Source of the DNA: an uncultured bacterium | GTDB taxonomy: Bacteria > Fidelibacterota > Marinisomatia > Marinisomatales > JACNKV01 | Reading direction: 5' to 3' | Assembly: GCA_964388155.1 (NCBI GenBank) | Contig: CAYLYH010000006.1 | Location: 11,350 to 75,349 of the forward strand | DNA length: 64,000 nucleotides | Shown here: piece by piece, positions 59,508 to 64,000 of the stretch | How positions within the stretch are numbered: position 1 is the stretch's first letter | Layout: every line of letters begins with the position of its first letter | Translations under genes and position numbers: made by a program | The notes under the pieces: model-generated | Told to the model about the DNA's origin: nothing | The model's input: only the letters and a program-made list of their open reading frames with translations | Databases searched by the model: none

Positions 59508-61173
59508 AATATTCCTCATATTCGCGTTAATCTCGTTACAGATTTGTACGGGATATTCTGCGATGAATTTTAGTGTATCCTCCCGTTATGGACAGGGAAG
59601 TCAATCAGGACTTAATTACCGATATAACGAACATTATTTTCAACTCAATACCTCGTATAACCGGTGGGATTTAACAGCGGAACTACAATTTACAGATCCG
59701 CCAGAATTTGGTTTTTCATCCGCCGGTTTTCGACAACTGACTCTATCATATTTTGGGGAGAACTTTACCACAGAAATAGGCCATATTAAAGCAGTGTTTG
59801 GAAATGGACTATCGCTGAATATCTTTGAACAAAAAGAAATCGATTTTGACAACAGACCGGTTGGGATGAAAATCCGTGGCAACCTTACGGATAATGTGGA
59901 AATCCTTGTTCTCGCCGGAAGGAAAAATGAGTACCGTTTTTATTCTCCGAATTCTGACCTGCGTGAACCGGATGGACAATCAGCGTTTGATATCGGGGGG
60001 ACTGAATTGCGGCTTCTTTCAAAAGATGGTTTTTGGTCATTGAATCCTTATGTGGTTCTTTCGCGATTTAAGTCTGACATTATTCAGATAAGCATGGATC
60101 CTGTAACGTTCGTGCCGGTTGAGAATACACGTGTTCAATACACTTCAATGTTAAACCCAGGACTCGCAACATCCTTTTTTGGAACCTCCTTTGATGTGAT
60201 GATTGAATTCAGTATGATGGAGAAACGATTTGATTATCCATTGGTAAGACTATCGGTTACACAAAATGCAATTAACGTGACGGAAGCGGTAACACGTCAA
60301 AAAGGAAATGCTTTCTATTTGCAATGGAATTGGTATCCGGATTGGCTGACGGTTTTTGCGGAGTACAAGCGGTATCATTGGGGGATAGAGGCTCAGCAGG
60401 ATAGAACAAACTTGCATCGACAAGCCTCACGGGTGTTACCGTTTCAAATGGGACCTACAGGCATTAGGCAGCATGATATCAGTCTGTTGGCAAACAGAAC
60501 TCACCCAGTGAATTATAGTGATGAAGTTGGAATAAATATCGATATAAAATATTCGGTCGGTAATTGGATAGGCACGATAAATATTGCAAAACTAAGTCAA
60601 ACCACTTTTTGGAATAAAAATGTATCCGATAATCTATTTTATCCAAGTTCTCTGCCGAAATATCTCCCGTTTTCGGAAAAATATTTTGAGCTGGAGTATT
60701 CAGGAAATAGGCTGACTAATCGTTTTGTGGCAGCCTATACCGATTACACAGAATCTCTCTCCACCGAACGGGCAGAAAATTTACAGCATATAACGATTAC
60801 TCCTTTATACGCATCGTTTAGGTTGGGTGAGTTTGTTTTGAGTCATATTTTTACTTGGCAGCAATCACAAAAAATATCGTTGACGTTGACGGGTGAAGAA
60901 ATCCATCAAGAATTACCATATTATTCACAGCAGTGGGTGAATTCAGTTGATTGGAAAGGGCAATGGTCAGTTTCTGCAATCTTCGATGTGAGTGATGAAT
61001 CCGGTGAAACAGAAAATTGGTTGAGCGGAGAAATCGTCTACAAACCCTCACCAAGATACTGGCTTCGTGGATCTTACGGAGCAGAAAAAGGCGGTGTACG
61101 GTGTACAAGTGGCGTTTGCAGAATTATTAGTCCGTTTGAAGGAGCAAGGCTCTCAATGGAGGTTAGGTTCTGA
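59476..61173 (+). CDS. outer-membrane beta-barrel protein, DUF6029-like
   Basis: Signal peptide MKIYLSRKANKIFLIFALISLQICTGYSA, alternating beta-strand pattern, C-terminal ...LSMEVRF (terminal Phe). VFGNGLSLNIFEQKEIDFDN resembles the DUF6029 signature as I recall it. Start uncertain (59437/59476). Confidence 0.6.
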   Translation: MKIYLSRKANKIFLIFALISLQICTGYSAMNFSVSSRYGQGSQSGLNYRYNEHYFQLNTSYNRWDLTAELQFTDPPEFGFSSAGFRQLTLSYFGENFTTEIGHIKAVFGNGLSLNIFEQKEIDFDNRPVGMKIRGNLTDNVEILVLAGRKNEYRFYSPNSDLREPDGQSAFDIGGTELRLLSKDGFWSLNPYVVLSRFKSDIIQISMDPVTFVPVENTRVQYTSMLNPGLATSFFGTSFDVMIEFSMMEKRFDYPLVRLSVTQNAINVTEAVTRQKGNAFYLQWNWYPDWLTVFAEYKRYHWGIEAQQDRTNLHRQASRVLPFQMGPTGIRQHDISLLANRTHPVNYSDEVGINIDIKYSVGNWIGTINIAKLSQTTFWNKNVSDNLFYPSSLPKYLPFSEKYFELEYSGNRLTNRFVAAYTDYTESLSTERAENLQHITITPLYASFRLGEFVLSHIFTWQQSQKISLTLTGEEIHQELPYYSQQWVNSVDWKGQWSVSAIFDVSDESGETENWLSGEIVYKPSPRYWLRGSYGAEKGGVRCTSGVCRIISPFEGARLSMEVRF

Positions 61174-62483
61174 TGGATGTTCTGCAAAAAAGGAATAGAG
61201 TGATAGGGTGGAGGCTAAGGGAGTTTGTAGGTTTTATGCTATTATTGGTGTTCACAGGATGTGAGTTTTTCAACAATCCGTATGAGGGGCCATTCAATGA
61301 GTATGTTGAAACCATTTATCTTGAACCGAATGATACGCTAACCATAGATATTCCTTCAATTCTAAACGGCAAGAATAATATAAATATAGAAATATCAAAT
61401 ACCGGAAATAGTTCTATTGTAGATGTGATTGAATTAATTCCTGAAGGACTAACAGTCATTGGATTGACAGAAGGAGAAAGTACAATAATCGCCGAATGCA
61501 ATGATGGTTCGGAACGTGATAGAATATTTTTCAATTTTCACGTTATAGAGGGGAAACCCCTGTTCCTCAAAATGGGTGAAGTAATCGAGTTAAATCCCCA
61601 AGAAATATTTGAGATGCCCGGCGTTTTTCCTGATTCCGTCAAATTGGAAGACATAACAGAAGGATATCATGAATTTCCTGACGACTTTGAATATATTTAT
61701 AATGAGTCCATAAAAATGACCGGTTCATTACCAGACCAAGTGAGTGGTATCCTCAAAGGATATTATGGATATGAAATTATTGAAGTACGGTTGCATATTG
61801 TTACTGAAATCCGCCATATTGTTTTAACAGAATTATTTACGAGTACAACTTGCACAAACTGCCCGGAAGCGAATGAATATATTGATGAAATTATTTCTGA
61901 TTATGATATTTCATTGGCGGTAATACGTTACCATGTCGGGATCCCTGTCGCCGGTGACCCGATGTATGCTTACAATATGGAAGACAGCGATGTCAGATTG
62001 AATTATTATCCGATGCTGTTTCCGGTTGCACCTTTTCTGTCCATCGACGGAAGTGATCCGTTTGTTGGAGTTGGCCAAATTACCAATTCCACAGCAACGT
62101 TAATTGAACGCCTTCAAACTCCGGCTGATATTTATCTTGGGCATGAGGTAGAGGAGGCAGAATCCGCTCTCGATGTTTCCGTGCATGTTTCTGGAATGCA
62201 AGTTGGTGATGTGTACACACTTCGAGCCGTATTGATTGAAAACGAGGTCTTATATGAGGGATCCAACGGCGAAACTCACCATCGGCAAGTAATGCGGGAT
62301 TTGAATGCTATGTCCATTTCAGGTGATGATATCTTTGAACTAACTCTTATGAAACCTGATTGGTATACCGAAGAAACATTTAGTGTCGTTACGTTTCTGC
62401 AAAATGAGGAGACACGTGAAGTTATACAAGCGAATATTCATCACAAGTTATTGTTAGAAGTGGATTATTCGTCTGAAAAATAA
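61173..62483 (+). CDS. lipoprotein with Big_2-like Ig domain and Omp28-like thioredoxin-fold domain (C-T-N-C)
   Basis: Lipobox VFTGC. The Ig-like segment is IVDVIELIPEGLTVIGLTEGESTIIAE. ELFTSTTCTNCPEA is typical of Omp28-related proteins. Confidence 0.6.
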   Translation: MDVLQKRNRVIGWRLREFVGFMLLLVFTGCEFFNNPYEGPFNEYVETIYLEPNDTLTIDIPSILNGKNNINIEISNTGNSSIVDVIELIPEGLTVIGLTEGESTIIAECNDGSERDRIFFNFHVIEGKPLFLKMGEVIELNPQEIFEMPGVFPDSVKLEDITEGYHEFPDDFEYIYNESIKMTGSLPDQVSGILKGYYGYEIIEVRLHIVTEIRHIVLTELFTSTTCTNCPEANEYIDEIISDYDISLAVIRYHVGIPVAGDPMYAYNMEDSDVRLNYYPMLFPVAPFLSIDGSDPFVGVGQITNSTATLIERLQTPADIYLGHEVEEAESALDVSVHVSGMQVGDVYTLRAVLIENEVLYEGSNGETHHRQVMRDLNAMSISGDDIFELTLMKPDWYTEETFSVVTFLQNEETREVIQANIHHKLLLEVDYSSEK

Positions 62484-62594
62484 TATGGATGTGATCCGGT
62501 TAACATTAATTTATTCCATACTTTGAAAAGATTTATTGCACACGTAATTTCGTTGCAATATTTAGTCCAATAAACGCATTAGAGGAGTCTTCTT

Positions 62595-64000
62595 ATGAAA
62601 TCACTACGCACATTTTTATTCCTTAATATATTGTTTTCTTTTGCACTTGCAACCCAAATGATGGTTGTGGGTGAAGTATTTACGGAATCCTGGTGAAGCT
62701 ACTGTCCACAAGCCCGTGCCGGCTTGTCACAATTAAACGATAATTATGATATCATCCCACTTATTTGGGAAGGTGATGGACATACAAGTCCAAATTATTC
62801 TACAAGATATAATTGGTATTCTGTTCAAGCACTACCTACCGCTGTTTTTGGTGGAGAAGTCCCGGATGTTGGCGGCGGGGATACTTACCCAAGATATGTA
62901 AACCATTATAACACGGTTTCAGCGATACAAAGTCCACTGGAGATTGATGTGTCTTTTGAAACATCTATTGGTGGTAGTGTAGTCCTTTCTGCAGACGTAG
63001 AAGTAACAAATACTGTGACTACCGACGATAATTTTGTGCAGCTAATTCTGACCTATAATTATTCTGCTTCGTACTTTTGCACTGTTGTGAGATATGAAGA
63101 AGAGACTTTTAATTTAACAGATGTTGGGCAAACTGCACAATTTTCGCGTTCATTTACTATAGATGATGACTGGGATTTGGCAAAATTAACCGGTGTCGTA
63201 ATCGTGCAAACCAATGAAGGAAGTATGACAGGGGGGCAATATCCCATTCATACTCGTGCAGTTTTACAGGCAGGTAAGGCTTTTTTACCACAAGATGCCG
63301 TTCTTACCGGCATGGTAACGGATGCATTTACGAATAACCCAATCGCAGGTGCAACCATTACAGCCGGGTCGTTTGAAACAACGACAACGTTTAACGGGAC
63401 CTATACATTAAACACAATTCCAACAACATACGACGTCGTATGCAGTTCTCCTAATTATGAACCCACAACAGAAAACATTACGACTATTTCAGATGAAATT
63501 ATCAATCTTGATTTAACGCTGTCAGAGATGCTGCTTCCTCCATATGTTGTTTATGCAGAGGTCGATGGGGGATCTGTCTCCTTAACATGGCCTTACCCGG
63601 AGATACCAACAGCAAGCTTTGTTGTAGAAATACGAACAGATGACTATCCGGCGGAGACATCCTGGGGTGTTACCGATCACAGCGGAAACCAAATTGCAGG
63701 AATTAACGCAGGAGATTTATCCAATGCTAGTACCGTTTATACTTGGGAAATGGAATTGGATATGGGGTCATATACATTTACAATCTATGATTCCTACGGA
63801 GACGGTATTTGCTGCAACTATGGCCAAGGATATTATTCGCTTGTTTTAAACGGAACGGAAATAGCAAACGGTGGAAACTTTGGTTCATCTGAAAGTGTAA
63901 ATTTCAATACCGAAGATGCACGAACCCGCGATGTACTTGGATATAACATTTGGGAAGGGGACAACGAAGAGCCAATCAACGGTGAAGATATTGTTACTGA
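62595..64000 (+). CDS. candidate selenoprotein: exported Omp28-like thioredoxin-fold protein with U-S-Y-C (TGA 62694-62696 read as Sec), carboxypeptidase-regulatory-like and Cys-rich beta domains; 3' end beyond window
   Basis: Hand translation gives ATG 62595 (AGAGGAG 7 nt upstream), signal peptide MKSLRTFLFLNILFSFALA, then VVGEVFTESW-TGA-SYCPQARAGLSQLNDNYD. The frame is otherwise open to 64000. It aligns with the paralogue ELFTSTTCTNCPEANEYIDEIISDYD. Absent from the ORF track because of the TGA and the missing stop. Confidence 0.65.
62703..62731 (+). promoter_or_regulatory. candidate bacterial SECIS hairpin
   Basis: tgt-cc-ACAAGCC-cgugcc-GGCUUGU-c-aca. 7-bp upper stem (62708-62714 / 62721-62727), 6-nt loop containing GU, 3-bp lower stem. 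The core stem starts 12 nt after the TGA. Confidence 0.55.

Noticed and set aside
63640-63849. Listed 69-aa plus-strand ORF
   Set aside because: It is out of frame with the long open frame 62595-64000, which has domain-level support. It is a shadow ORF.

Overview
This 64-kb window is from a low-GC Gram-negative bacterial chromosome. The gene content (YfhO, DUF4292-like, DUF6029-like, Omp28-like, BatA-N proteins) suggests an FCB-group or Bacteroidota-related lineage, but that is inference only. All calls rest on hand translation and motif recognition; no database search was run.

About 58 protein genes lie in three strand blocks: plus to about 37.4 kb, minus from 37.8 to 49.1 kb, then plus again.
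- Housekeeping genes: accD, surE, guaA, glmS, pgeF, uppP, holA, arfB, yajC, def-fmt-rsmB, hflX, plsY, ogt, secDF, greA, gltX, glnS.
- Regulation: an ECF sigma/anti-sigma pair followed by a GGDEF cyclase.
- A roughly 10.6-kb surface-glycan cluster: GT2, three GT1/GT4, YfhO, Wzx, FrhB-like and pyruvyl transferase genes.
- Several transporters, a thioredoxin/CcdA operon and a decayed IS3 fragment.
- No rRNA, tRNA or CRISPR array was recognised.

Best hunt result: at 62595 a gene missed by the ORF track runs to the window end with a single in-frame TGA (62694-62696).
- The TGA aligns exactly with the first Cys of the CxxC motif of the adjacent paralogue.
- A SECIS-like hairpin follows 6-12 nt downstream.
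- This makes it a candidate exported UxxC selenoprotein.
- It sits in a five-gene envelope cluster: secreted protein, TlpA reductase, DUF6029-like OM barrel and two Omp28-like thioredoxin-fold proteins. The cluster looks like an uncharacterised periplasm-to-surface redox module.

Secondary observations:
- Intergenic spacers are strikingly bipartite, with purine-rich short-period repeats after stops and G-depleted TAACAC tracts before starts. One example is a perfect (ACAGGAG)x8 array.
- A four-helix-bundle ORF is bracketed by a perfect 16-bp inverted repeat.
- A G-less leader plus terminator hairpin abuts the GGDEF start codon.
- A YchF paralogue has a dead G domain.
- GC-rich mini-hairpins occur in the IS remnant.
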